Shown: positions 10,927 through 20,650 of the stretch, piece by piece
Layout of the letters: each line of letters opens with the position of its first letter
Numbering within the stretch: position 1 is the first letter of the stretch
Virus record (IMG/VR): IMGVR_UViG_3300025276_000002
Strand: one strand, 5' to 3'
Source of the DNA: an uncultured virus (IMG/VR IMGVR_UViG_3300025276_000002)
Taxonomy: Duplodnaviria > Heunggongvirae > Uroviricota > Caudoviricetes
Length of the DNA stretch: 64,000 bases
Notes under the pieces: model-generated
Told to the model about the DNA's origin: nothing
The model's database searches: none
The model's input: the letters and a program-made list of their open reading frames with translations, nothing else
Program-made: the position numbers and the translations under genes

Positions 10927-11307
10927 CTATTTATAATTATCTATTACTGTAGCTCTATATGCAAGATCCATTTCCATTAGAACTTTGTATTCCCATTTAC
11001 TCACCTTCCTGCCTGAGAGTTCAAAGTGATCCCTCATCTTGGTAGGATTAAAAGAAGGGACTCCTAAGTCCGTACTTTGCTCCCTAAGGTAATGCACATC
11101 CCAGAAAAGATCAATCAATGATCCTACATCTGAAATGTCTAGATTACGCTCTCTTTCTAACAAGTCAGACTTTTCACCAAACTTCTCTTCTTTGAGTTTA
11201 TGAGCATTTCTGGCAACATGTACTTTCTTACCTTTCCTTACTGGAACATCAAGTGCAGCGTGTAATTCTATCCATTCTACAACTATGCACTTGCACTTGG
11301 CAAAAAA
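10927..11307 (-). CDS. Tail assembly chaperone, frameshifted C-terminal part (gpT-like)
   Basis: The -1 frame is open from the slippery TTTTTTG (11307-11301) through AKCKCIVVEWIELHAALD... into ORF 10927..11163. Confidence 0.8.
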   Translation of the reverse strand, partial: FFAKCKCIVVEWIELHAALDVPVRKGKKVHVARNAHKLKEEKFGEKSDLLERERNLDISDVGSLIDLFWDVHYLREQSTDLGVPSFNPTKMRDHFELSGRKVSKWEYKVLMEMDLAYRATVIDNYK

Positions 11308-11762
11308 GCCTCTCTATCCTTAATAAGAGCTGCTAGTTGGTTATAGATGTGATTATTAGCTGGGTCTGAGAACAACTCAGAAGCTCTCTGAGGAGAGTAT
11401 TCACCTTCAAAGAACCCTTCATCCCATTTTTCAATTGATGCAATTACAGCCTCTCTCATGAAGCTCTCAATGGCTTCTTTAAACTTCTCCTGAGGAACAC
11501 TAATATCAACATCCTCTACTTTATCTTTTTCAGCTTTCTCTTTGATCTCTTGAATCTCTTTACGAGCAAGTTCAGTATCTTCTTGATAAGCAATGATATG
11601 AGGAGCTACTCGCTTTTGATAAATAGGATCATCTTCTCCTCGAATCTCTACCCAACCTACCACAGTGTCTTTTTGTACCTTGCCATCTTTACCTATAATA
11701 TCTAATTTGATATCTTTCTTAACTGTTCGGAATTGTGTTCCGCTAATTGTAAACTTTGCCAT
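11283..11762 (-). CDS. Tail assembly chaperone (gpG-like)
   Basis: Lies upstream of the tape measure gene and ends GCT TTT TTG (slippery site) shortly before its stop. Confidence 0.8.
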   Translation of the reverse strand: MAKFTISGTQFRTVKKDIKLDIIGKDGKVQKDTVVGWVEIRGEDDPIYQKRVAPHIIAYQEDTELARKEIQEIKEKAEKDKVEDVDISVPQEKFKEAIESFMREAVIASIEKWDEGFFEGEYSPQRASELFSDPANNHIYNQLAALIKDREAFLPSASA

Positions 11763-11773
11763 TAAATGTTTCC

Positions 11774-12199
11774 TTATCCTATTAATCCGTTCTTCTGTAA
11801 ATTATATATCCAAATATTCTCCACTTGAGGAACTGTTGGTGTCACCATTCCATTAGGAGCCTGTCTTGAACTACCTGCTTCTAGATCCCATATGTAGTCT
11901 ACAGGATTATAGAACAGTGATTCTGGTTTCTTATATAAATCTTTGACTTGGTATGAAATCGCATTTAAAGATGATAGACCTTTTCCGCCTTCAAACCCTG
12001 CCCCTCTCTCTGCCTCTGTTGTGCCGTCTGCTGTAACATTCCAATTATTAGAGGCGAGACCTGTCTTCAAGGGTGTATAATAAACAAGCCTCTCTCCAAT
12101 CTCATACATAGTCACTTGATGAGAGATGATCAAGTCTTGCTTGATCATCTCCAGTTCACGAACAGTAGCCTTAATAGCCGCTGAAAGTGAATTAGCCAT
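11774..12199 (-). CDS. Neck/tail completion protein (HK97 gp10-like)
   Basis: TPLKTG...NNW and YIWDLEAGSSRQAPNGMV motifs. Confidence 0.7.
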   Translation of the reverse strand: MANSLSAAIKATVRELEMIKQDLIISHQVTMYEIGERLVYYTPLKTGLASNNWNVTADGTTEAERGAGFEGGKGLSSLNAISYQVKDLYKKPESLFYNPVDYIWDLEAGSSRQAPNGMVTPTVPQVENIWIYNLQKNGLIG

Positions 12200-13430
12200 T
12201 TAAAACACCAATAACAAGGCTGTCTCCAGCTCCTGCATCAACTGTAGCCATGCCACTGATACTCGCAGTTACAAGTCCAGAGTTTGGATTATTCAATGTG
12301 TACGCTGTAGCTTTAAAGGCTGGCAGATAGATAATTAAAGATTTATCACTTGCTCGGTCTTTCAATTTAAGAAGTACTTTGTTGTATTTCTCATTTCGGA
12401 AAGATACGAAGTCGTCTTCACTTTGGAACAATGCTTCATAGTCAAGTGTGATTCGTAACTTACCAGACACTGTACCAATTGCATCAAAATCACAACCTAC
12501 GAAGTGAGTCTCTGTGCCATTTTCAATACCCACAGACCCTGACATCCAAATACAACGTGTATTAGTTTCGTTAGAAATTAATTCACCATCTTGAAGTACA
12601 AGTGGGTCATATTTTACGTGAGGCAATACACTTGTGTGTGCATCTGTACTGTCTGTTAGTGTAGGATCAAATGTACTATACTCTTGACCTGCATATTTTC
12701 CTGATGCTAACATTGAAAATGTTGCCTTAGCAGACGCATCAGAAGGAAGATCAAAAGAAACACCAGAAACTACACAACCTGCTGTCATAAATCGTGCAAT
12801 AGTTGCACCATCCTCTGAATACAAAATCTCTTCTGCATTGAAAGATTTAATACTACGATCAGGTCGGATATTCTCAATAGACTCAACTGTAAGATCTACA
12901 GAGGTAGTTGCAAGTGTTTCTGATTTCTGAGCTGGGCAGTAGAATGTGACATCTGTAGCTGTAACAGATTCAACTACTGCAATATCTGAAAGGCTTGCCA
13001 GTGGTGCTTCTACTACAAGATTAAAGATAGTACCTACAGAGATACCTGCTGTAGCTTGCTCACCTGTTGTCATTGGGATTACAAGTTCAAATTTCTTAGT
13101 ACCAGAAACATCTACTGCGGTAAGACTTACATCTGTACCACTTAATGTTGCTTCACCATACAAAGCGGATTCCAGCAATGCTGTGTAATTCTCAGGGTCA
13201 ATCTCAACAGGAAATGAACCTGCTACATTCTTATTACCAAGTCGAACACTGTCTAACTGTGCATTAGGTGTACGCGCTTCTGATTCAATAGTACCACGTG
13301 TCTCATCGAAACTTCCATCATTATTCTGGAAGAACTTGCCACCTGCATAACTTGAAGGTGGTTTTGCCCAACCCTGATCTTCCTCTACTAATGTAATTGT
13401 AGAGTTATCACCCTTAAAGAGTGTTGCCAT
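12192..13430 (-). CDS. Major tail tube protein
   Basis: 412 aa, beta-rich; lies between the terminator-like gene and the chaperones. Confidence 0.75.
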   Translation of the reverse strand: MATLFKGDNSTITLVEEDQGWAKPPSSYAGGKFFQNNDGSFDETRGTIESEARTPNAQLDSVRLGNKNVAGSFPVEIDPENYTALLESALYGEATLSGTDVSLTAVDVSGTKKFELVIPMTTGEQATAGISVGTIFNLVVEAPLASLSDIAVVESVTATDVTFYCPAQKSETLATTSVDLTVESIENIRPDRSIKSFNAEEILYSEDGATIARFMTAGCVVSGVSFDLPSDASAKATFSMLASGKYAGQEYSTFDPTLTDSTDAHTSVLPHVKYDPLVLQDGELISNETNTRCIWMSGSVGIENGTETHFVGCDFDAIGTVSGKLRITLDYEALFQSEDDFVSFRNEKYNKVLLKLKDRASDKSLIIYLPAFKATAYTLNNPNSGLVTASISGMATVDAGAGDSLVIGVLNG

Positions 13431-13441
13431 AGAATATTCTC

Positions 13442-13951
13442 CTATTTATTATTATTATTAAAGTAGTTCTCACAATCTATGAAAACTCTGTTAAACATCC
13501 TACCTGAGTCACTATCAGTAACCACAGTAGCTTGTTGATATGTTTTTAAAATTGTAAGGGTATTGCCATTATCTAAAGATATGTGCATGTTGTTGGGGAA
13601 GTGCTCTTCAATAAGACCTGCTATCATTTCATTGTAAACAGATCCATATTCTAAAGGTGTCTTTACCCATATACCATACTGGTATGCTTTTCTTGAGATA
13701 CCGCAACCAGCAGGTGTGTATATTGTTTGAGGAGATTTTACTAAAAAGTGTTCCACCCAAGATTTATCCTGTGGCTTATTCTCTGCTCTCTCTCCTTCCG
13801 CTACAAATATATCTGCTGTGGGGAAAGCTGGAAATCCATATACAGATGTATCCAGTTGACGACTTTTGCCATTATCCCCTGTCTCTGTTCCTAGTGTGTA
13901 TAAGTGTGTGTTCAGTTTTAACCTAATATCTAGGTCTACAAATACTGACAT
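13442..13951 (-). CDS. Putative tail terminator protein
   Basis: Size and position just upstream of the tail tube gene. Confidence 0.5.
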   Translation of the reverse strand: MSVFVDLDIRLKLNTHLYTLGTETGDNGKSRQLDTSVYGFPAFPTADIFVAEGERAENKPQDKSWVEHFLVKSPQTIYTPAGCGISRKAYQYGIWVKTPLEYGSVYNEMIAGLIEEHFPNNMHISLDNGNTLTILKTYQQATVVTDSDSGRMFNRVFIDCENYFNNNNK

Positions 13952-13952
13952 A

Positions 13953-14342
13953 TTATGCTCCTAGAAATATACGAGCAAGAATCGGTGTGACACCATCTGC
14001 TCTGGTTATTTGTGAATACTTAGCTGTAAACTTCTTACCATCTGGCAAGGTGATTTTCAGACCCTTATTTTCCACTAGGTCTACAAAATCTGTAATACTT
14101 TCTCCACTAACTTTTAAAGGTGATACTAAGATTTTCAGCATACCATTCGCAAGGGCAGGATTTGCTATATCTTCTCTAGAATAGTTGACAACTACAAAGT
14201 TGAGAACCTCTGTTCGACCTGTGCCGTCAGGAAATCCCGTAATAGGGTCAGTACCTCCTGTTGTTTTAAAAACAGCTTCTGCTCCATCTCCTGCTCTTAG
14301 AATAGCCTTTTGAACTTGAGAAGCCTCTCTATTATATGCCAT
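13953..14342 (-). CDS. Putative head closure / head-tail joining protein
   Basis: Probable start MAYNRE at 14342 (the ORF track extends to 14381); TDPITG motif; synteny. Confidence 0.5.
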   Translation of the reverse strand: MAYNREASQVQKAILRAGDGAEAVFKTTGGTDPITGFPDGTGRTEVLNFVVVNYSREDIANPALANGMLKILVSPLKVSGESITDFVDLVENKGLKITLPDGKKFTAKYSQITRADGVTPILARIFLGA

Positions 14343-15099
14343 ACCAAGACTTCTCCCATTCTGTATCAACAAGGTTCTCACCGTCTATCCAGAAACCGTA
14401 TACGGGATTTTTAAAGTAAACAGAAGTGATGGCTTGAGACTGGATGAAAGATATATCACTGACTAGATTATCTGTCCTTTTCCCCTCTTCACTAAATGAG
14501 ATACCATCTAAGGAGGCAAGATCATTACCACCAGATGCAACGGAATCACTTACAACCTCTCCTGCTGATCTTGATAACTCTTCTGCAACAAATGCAAAAG
14601 GATCTAGTCTAGAGTTGAATAACATTTGAGTTATGTCTGCATCTCTATACTTCACATTATTGGTATCTGTGTCTCCGAGGTATCTCCGCACAATATAAAT
14701 AGGATTGTTAACATCATTAGTAGGATAAGTGACACTATCGTCTCCCTCTGCGTTTATAAGTTTAACAATGTAACGCAGGGGGATAGTTTCTAAGAATACC
14801 TGTAAGTCATAATCAGTATACCTAAGAGCACCTTCATCTGTGTCACCTGTGAGCATCCTTATACGACTCTCATAGCTTATTGGTGCTGTAGTGGTGTAAT
14901 TCCAAGGGGTTTCTCCTAAGTAGCCTGTCAGGTCTTGCCACACAGCTACACGGTCACTTTCTACCAGCAGTTCAATAAGAAGATTGTCACTATATGTATA
15001 GTTCCCTATTTCTGTATCTTTTAAATATGATCTTAGATATGCTAACTGTGTAGCACCATCTTGTCCATCCCTTTCTGGGATATCTAAAACTGTAGACAT
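14332..15099 (-). CDS. Head-tail adaptor-like protein with three internal repeats
   Basis: Three copies of R-x-x-x-[GK]-DT-x5-Y-x-D; located after the capsid genes. Confidence 0.6.
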   Translation of the reverse strand: MSTVLDIPERDGQDGATQLAYLRSYLKDTEIGNYTYSDNLLIELLVESDRVAVWQDLTGYLGETPWNYTTTAPISYESRIRMLTGDTDEGALRYTDYDLQVFLETIPLRYIVKLINAEGDDSVTYPTNDVNNPIYIVRRYLGDTDTNNVKYRDADITQMLFNSRLDPFAFVAEELSRSAGEVVSDSVASGGNDLASLDGISFSEEGKRTDNLVSDISFIQSQAITSVYFKNPVYGFWIDGENLVDTEWEKSWYGI

Positions 15100-15108
15100 A
15101 AGTACTCC

Positions 15109-15606
15109 TTAATCAAGGAGACCTTTTTTCTTGGCTTCCTGTTCTAAAATCTCTAACATCTTTTTGATGCTAACTGTAGTCTTATTAGGTAGGTTAATTT
15201 TAAATTGCTTTGCATAGCCTATCAAATCTTTCTTGTTCTTCAGTAGTTCAGCATTTTCCATATAGAATTTATCTTCATCTTCATCTAATGCACTTGCATC
15301 AATATTAGGATTAAACTCTGAAGGCGGTACTGCTTCATATGGGTTAGCTACAAACATGGCAATTGGCATCATAAAACCATTGTCAATATACAACTTTAAA
15401 GGATGACCTTGTAGACTGTCAAGCTCTTCTTTAGTACCTATCACACCATTGTTGAAATGCGTGTGCATGACTGCTAAGTGGCAATACTCTGGATATGCGT
15501 CACCGAACTTTAATTCATATCCATCTGCGATTAGCTTTTCACTAAGAACATAGAGTGTACCTGTGTTCCAAGGATCATACTCTCGATTTTCTCTTTTTAA
15601 GCTCAT
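15109..15606 (-). CDS. Hypothetical protein in the head module
   Basis: 165-aa ORF with AAGGAG RBS. Confidence 0.6.
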   Translation of the reverse strand: MSLKRENREYDPWNTGTLYVLSEKLIADGYELKFGDAYPEYCHLAVMHTHFNNGVIGTKEELDSLQGHPLKLYIDNGFMMPIAMFVANPYEAVPPSEFNPNIDASALDEDEDKFYMENAELLKNKKDLIGYAKQFKINLPNKTTVSIKKMLEILEQEAKKKGLLD

Positions 15607-15620
15607 TTTTACTCCTTACG

Positions 15621-15657
15621 AAAAATAGGGCAAGACAGGAGTTCCCATCTTGCCCAT
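15621..15657 (-). terminator. Intrinsic terminator after the major capsid gene
   Basis: GGGCAAGA...TCTTGCCC stem followed by TATTTTT on the minus strand. Confidence 0.8.
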
Positions 15658-15679
15658 AATTTATTATAGCTTTAAGCTA

Positions 15680-16813
15680 TTAGATTACATCTTTTAAGAA
15701 TAAACCTAATGCAGGTGCTACGATATGGTAGCTAAAGGCTGTACGGCCTTCGATGAACTCAGAGCTAAATTCTTCCATGCGGTAGCGTTTAAACACAGTA
15801 TTACCTAGTTCACCACCATCAGGGTATAAACCAGTCCACTGAGCACATACTGCAGCAGTTGCTGAGTATTGACCATTTGAAGTCTTATCTACATGCATAA
15901 GTAAGATACCATTACCACCAATAAATTGATTAGCAAGAGTTGTGTCACCAGCAGCATTAGTTGCATAGCCTTCTGCATCAGTAGTGATTTGGTAAGTAGT
16001 GCCATCAATTGTAGCTGCTGAAGCTGGCTCAACCACATCTAATACATAGATGTCAGAGGCCATGATACCTAGGTGGCTGGCGATAGTATCCATGATAGCA
16101 TCATCAGAACCAGAGTTACCGTTAGTATATAGCTTAGTGGTCTTGATTGAAGCATTACGCTTAAGGGCTGTCCATACAGTACGTGTTAGTACCATTGTGT
16201 TAGGACGTAAGCCTGATTTAAGCTGGATAGTCTGCATAGCTTCATCTAATACATCTAAAGGCTTAGATGTTGCTGCTGTGAACTTCTGGAAAGCACCTGC
16301 TTCTACAACAGCTAATGGATCAGTAAGAGCTGCATCTTGGCCTGTCCAATCTGTACCCCATACACCATCAGCTAGGATAGCTTCAGCCATTTTCTTCTCT
16401 TTGTTAAGAAGGAACTGACGAGTAACAAATTGAGCTGCATCTTCATAGATACGATCAATAGGCTTATCAGCATTTGCTACAGTCTCATCTGTAACTGGCT
16501 GCTTAAGTGCATATACTTTAGTAGTGAATGGTTTACGACTTACGCCATATTTAGCCTTAGCTGCTTCTGCACCCTCTGCACGTTCTTTAACCTGATTGAT
16601 CATGAAATATGCAGGTTCATAGAAGTAGTACATATCTTGACGATGCTTAGAGTTAAAGTTACTTAGGATCTGACGGGCTTTAAAGTGTGTATCATCTTGT
16701 ACAACTTTTACAGAAAAATCAGAAAGTGGCTTATCTACGTGAACTGAAGATAGACCGTTTACACCAGCTTCACCACCAACAACGGCTTTAGCTTTATTTA
16801 CTTGTTCAGACAT
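15680..16813 (-). CDS. Major capsid protein
   Basis: 377 aa after protease and scaffold; HVDKPLSDFSV, RPNTMVL and IVAPALGLFLKDV motifs; strong RBS and its own terminator. Confidence 0.88.
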   Translation of the reverse strand: MSEQVNKAKAVVGGEAGVNGLSSVHVDKPLSDFSVKVVQDDTHFKARQILSNFNSKHRQDMYYFYEPAYFMINQVKERAEGAEAAKAKYGVSRKPFTTKVYALKQPVTDETVANADKPIDRIYEDAAQFVTRQFLLNKEKKMAEAILADGVWGTDWTGQDAALTDPLAVVEAGAFQKFTAATSKPLDVLDEAMQTIQLKSGLRPNTMVLTRTVWTALKRNASIKTTKLYTNGNSGSDDAIMDTIASHLGIMASDIYVLDVVEPASAATIDGTTYQITTDAEGYATNAAGDTTLANQFIGGNGILLMHVDKTSNGQYSATAAVCAQWTGLYPDGGELGNTVFKRYRMEEFSSEFIEGRTAFSYHIVAPALGLFLKDVI

Positions 16814-16858
16814 TAATGTCTCCTTTATTGTTATTATTATTTTTATTTACAAATGACA

Positions 16859-18151
16859 TTAAGCGTAGTTAGCTACGTATTCATCTGATTGACGTACAGT
16901 TGCACGAAGTGCAGCCATATTATAAGACTCACCTGCTTTATCTTTCTCAGCAGCTAAAGACTTAGATTTGACTTCTACAAATTCATCTGGGCTCATTGTG
17001 TTGACGGTATCTGAACTACCTACATCACGGAATAACTCACCAGCAGATGTAATTACCGATGCATTATCCAAAGCTTTTGCAATAATAGAATAAGCTTCTG
17101 GATTAGAAACTTCCAAATCAATCATTGTGTCTGTGATCTGATCAGTAGTACACTCTTCAGAGCTGATGCGTTTGTATTTCTCAGCACCTTCTTCACGAGC
17201 TTTAGCTCGGATAACAGCTTCACGTTCTTGTTCAGCATGTAAAGCTTTCTGACTATTCTCACGGAATAAGGCTGCAAGTGCAGGGTCTGAAACTTCAAGT
17301 GCTTTTAACTTGTCATCAAGAGTTGCTTCTTCAGCTACTTTTAAAGATTTAGCTTTAGATGTACGAGTATTAACCTCATCCCATACCTCATCCCATACCT
17401 TGTTCCATGTGGCTGTATCATCATACCAAGTTGCCACATCTACTGTGTAAACGGTATCGTATATAACATCAAACACTTCCCAAGATTCTGCTTCAGGCGC
17501 TTTAGCTTTGATCTCTTTAACCAACTTAGATATACCATCAAGTGCTGATTTAGATGCTTCTAGATATTCGTCCATTGAGTACATTTTCTGTTTCTCAACT
17601 TTCTCATCTTCATTCTTCGGTTCAACCGCTTTCTTTGCATCTTCTTCTTCACCTTCTGGATCAGCTTCTACTTTTTCTTCCTCATCTTCGTCTTCCTCTT
17701 TTGCCTTGTCTTTAGCCTTAGCTTTCTCAACAGGTTCAGATTCTTCCTCTGATGCTTCTGTAATATCCTCTGAGGGGTTTTCTTCCTCAGTCTGTTCAAC
17801 TACAGCTTCAACCTCTGAAGTCTCTTCTGGTGCGTCCTCAGACACCTCAGCTTCAACATCTGGGGTTTGCTCTTCAGCAGACTTTGACTTTTCAGTCTCA
17901 ACAACTTCCTCTGAAGCAACTGCTTCTAATTCAGCCTGTTCTGCATCGAGAGCTTTAGCTTTATCAATCTTTGACATGATAGCTTTTCCCTCCTCAGTTT
18001 CTATAAATTCTTCATTACTTTTTAACTTAGTAATATTACGACCTAACGCGCCTTTGCCAACTAGACTGATTGTGTGTACTTGATAGTCAGATAATACATT
18101 ACCTGCTGTACCTTCTTCATCAATCTGTTGGATATTATGCTCTACAGCCAT
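16859..18151 (-). CDS. Capsid scaffolding protein
   Basis: Very acidic, Glu/Ala/Lys-rich; between protease and capsid genes. Confidence 0.7.
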   Translation of the reverse strand: MAVEHNIQQIDEEGTAGNVLSDYQVHTISLVGKGALGRNITKLKSNEEFIETEEGKAIMSKIDKAKALDAEQAELEAVASEEVVETEKSKSAEEQTPDVEAEVSEDAPEETSEVEAVVEQTEEENPSEDITEASEEESEPVEKAKAKDKAKEEDEDEEEKVEADPEGEEEDAKKAVEPKNEDEKVEKQKMYSMDEYLEASKSALDGISKLVKEIKAKAPEAESWEVFDVIYDTVYTVDVATWYDDTATWNKVWDEVWDEVNTRTSKAKSLKVAEEATLDDKLKALEVSDPALAALFRENSQKALHAEQEREAVIRAKAREEGAEKYKRISSEECTTDQITDTMIDLEVSNPEAYSIIAKALDNASVITSAGELFRDVGSSDTVNTMSPDEFVEVKSKSLAAEKDKAGESYNMAALRATVRQSDEYVANYA

Positions 18152-18153
18152 TA

Positions 18154-18549
18154 TTACTCCTCTAATACCTTATGCTCAAAAACTGAGCCCTCAGGACTAT
18201 ATCCTGCCAATTCTCCTGTGATAAGCATTTCCCACACTACGTCTCCGACATGCGTTCTATCAATCTCAGTCTTAGCCATCCACGTACCTGCTACTAAGGT
18301 TTCTCCGTCAATCTCACAATCGACCTCTAAGATGTATGATTCAATAACCCTTGCACAGTCTACTTGCAACATGTGATTTAAGTCACAGCTTCCAAAATGA
18401 TTCTTGTTATAATAATGGCAAGCATACTCAACCTCATTCTTAGATAATCCATCATTGTGAAGGTCAAACCGATCAGGGATAAGGACTGGCCCTAACACAT
18501 GTCGTTTCTCTTCATCAAACTCACGGATATCTGGTATGATTACTGACAC
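18154..18549 (-). CDS. Prohead protease (XkdF-like serine protease)
   Basis: GPVLIPD..D.HND, DLNH, IESYI, GTW and GELAGYSPEG motifs. Confidence 0.85.
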   Translation of the reverse strand: MSVIIPDIREFDEEKRHVLGPVLIPDRFDLHNDGLSKNEVEYACHYYNKNHFGSCDLNHMLQVDCARVIESYILEVDCEIDGETLVAGTWMAKTEIDRTHVGDVVWEMLITGELAGYSPEGSVFEHKVLEE

Positions 18550-18559
18550 ATAACCTCCG

Positions 18560-18862
18560 TTAATAGTACCGAATAGGTGATGGCTTAAGCCCCATAGAAC
18601 TTAATGCCTTTTTGACCTTCTCTTTATGGTACATATAATTGATATTCCCACTTTCTATATAACCTGAGTAAGATAGAGGGGAATAAATAGTGAGTATCTT
18701 TGTACTCTTATTCCATCGGGTAGCTAAGCTTCTTAGAAACTCCCCCGAATCAACAGCAGCGACATCACGGATCTTTTCTCTGACATAATCTCTAATCTTA
18801 TTCAATTGAGATGGGTTGAGATCTAAATCAACTAATCTAATATCATAATAAAATCCGCTCAT
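18560..18862 (-). CDS. Small morphogenesis protein (HK97 gp10-like motifs)
   Basis: AVDSGEFLRS and YSGYIESG resemble PVDTGxLxxS and YAxYVExG. Confidence 0.45.
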   Translation of the reverse strand: MSGFYYDIRLVDLDLNPSQLNKIRDYVREKIRDVAAVDSGEFLRSLATRWNKSTKILTIYSPLSYSGYIESGNINYMYHKEKVKKALSSMGLKPSPIRYY

Positions 18863-18870
18863 AAATCACC

Positions 18871-20415
18871 TCATTCATCTAAGATGTTTTTCAGAGTATC
18901 ATCTGTAATGTCACTTGCTTTTGTATCTGGAATATCATTATCATTCACAGGAGGGTCTATACCATCAGAGCTGTCCGCACTATCAACACTACTGGCTTGA
19001 GTTTGTTTCTTAAACTCTTCCTTTTCTTTTAAGCGTCTTTCTAGTCCTTCCTTCTGTCCTGAGTTATCAACACCGAGAACCTGAGCTGCTTTGTTCTGAA
19101 TCTGAGGTGTTACTTCAAACACACCCATTTCAATAGACTTCTGCAATGCACCAAAGAACTCTGTAACATCATCTTTAACAAATTCTGAGAATGTAATCTT
19201 AGGTAAGAAATGATCTCCCTTTGAAACACCTTCACGGTTAATAGCAAACAAACGAGGGATTGCCTCATTGTTCATAATACCTTGAATTTGGATCATTATT
19301 CCACGAAGTGAATTGATGAATACTTCAGACTGATTCTTGCTTAACGCATATGAACCACCTTTACCTTGAATAGTCATGAACTGTGCAAGCATTGAACGAG
19401 CTATTGACTGCTCTTTCTGATCAATGATAATCTTAGCATCTTGGATCTTAGAGTTACCACCACCATCACTTGAGCCCATAATACGGACTTCAGCTAATAG
19501 GTTATTATGCTCATCTCTATCTGCTGGTAGGATAAATGCTTCATCCTTACGTGCATCAATATTAAGAACAGCCTTTTTAACGGCCTGTACAGCCGCAGCA
19601 GCGGACTTGTTATTCTTAGCATCATTGGCTAGCTTAGAATGAATACGAGCATATGGTATACCCTCAAGGCTCCTACGGAGACCTGTCATCTGTATCTTGT
19701 TAGCATCAACTAAGTCAAGCCAATCTAAGTATGCACCTTCAAGTAAACTCTTACCTGTTGGATCATTGTTAGATGCAGTAGTTCTAAATAACAACATACG
19801 AGAGCGAGGTATTTCTACCTCTTTTGCATCGTATGGTGATAATTGTGTGATACCTGTTAACCCTAGGAAGCCTGTCCCTCTTGGAGAGTTCCACTTGTAA
19901 ATAGTCTTAGGGTTGACTGGTAGGAAGGATTTCCAACCTATCTTGCCATCATAGTATCTACTATTAAAACTAGGATTATTATCGTAACCTGTTCTTGCCT
20001 TGAATTGAGGAACCATTATCTTGAAGCCCATAGCGAGCATATCAAGTATCTCTGCAATTACATCAGAAAATGGTGTCTGCATATCATCAAGACATTCCTC
20101 TAAGAACTTAGCTCGCTTACTTGCCCGTTCCCTGTCAGGATCATCTGGGTTTTCAGTTACAATAAGTTTAGGAGTTTGACATAATGATTTAAAAGCAAGT
20201 ATAATACCAGAGATTGTAGAGTTAATCTGCATCTGGTTAAATACCTCAACCTTTCCACCTATAGTTTTTAGACTAGGTATGGGGTTTCTTTCGTCCGTGT
20301 AGAGGCTACAATCTACATAACCATCAGATTCACCTGCTGGCTTCGGGACTTTCCCGTTATCTAATACGGGACTATCAATGAGGGTATTTAGTGGGTCATT
20401 GTTGCTTTCAGCCAT
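18871..20415 (-). CDS. Portal protein
   Basis: 514 aa after TerL; NDPTGKSLL, IARSMLAQF, GGSYALS and IPRLFAIN motifs. Confidence 0.88.
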   Translation of the reverse strand: MAESNNDPLNTLIDSPVLDNGKVPKPAGESDGYVDCSLYTDERNPIPSLKTIGGKVEVFNQMQINSTISGIILAFKSLCQTPKLIVTENPDDPDRERASKRAKFLEECLDDMQTPFSDVIAEILDMLAMGFKIMVPQFKARTGYDNNPSFNSRYYDGKIGWKSFLPVNPKTIYKWNSPRGTGFLGLTGITQLSPYDAKEVEIPRSRMLLFRTTASNNDPTGKSLLEGAYLDWLDLVDANKIQMTGLRRSLEGIPYARIHSKLANDAKNNKSAAAAVQAVKKAVLNIDARKDEAFILPADRDEHNNLLAEVRIMGSSDGGGNSKIQDAKIIIDQKEQSIARSMLAQFMTIQGKGGSYALSKNQSEVFINSLRGIMIQIQGIMNNEAIPRLFAINREGVSKGDHFLPKITFSEFVKDDVTEFFGALQKSIEMGVFEVTPQIQNKAAQVLGVDNSGQKEGLERRLKEKEEFKKQTQASSVDSADSSDGIDPPVNDNDIPDTKASDITDDTLKNILDE

Positions 20416-20440
20416 TAATCCTCCTCTTTATTTAATATCT

Positions 20441-20650
20441 TCACATGAAGACATCTTCATCATCCACAAAGCCAATCAAACTATATGGATTATAAGCGTT
20501 ATCAACTTGACTATATAATTCTTCATACAAGTCGGTAACTTTAGTTTTTGAACCAGTATCCATAGAGTCAGTTACAGTATCACTGTCAAACATACCTCTC
20601 ATGGAACTTGGATATAAGTATGTTAGTCCCCAAACTAGGGAATCTAATCG
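20441..20650 (-). CDS. terL: Terminase large subunit, exon 2
   Basis: Open frame RLDSLVWGLTYLYP...DEDVFM*. Joining it to exon 1 restores the conserved SPD-RLD-x-LVW nuclease motif. Confidence 0.9.
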   Translation of the reverse strand, partial: RLDSLVWGLTYLYPSSMRGMFDSDTVTDSMDTGSKTKVTDLYEELYSQVDNAYNPYSLIGFVDDEDVFM

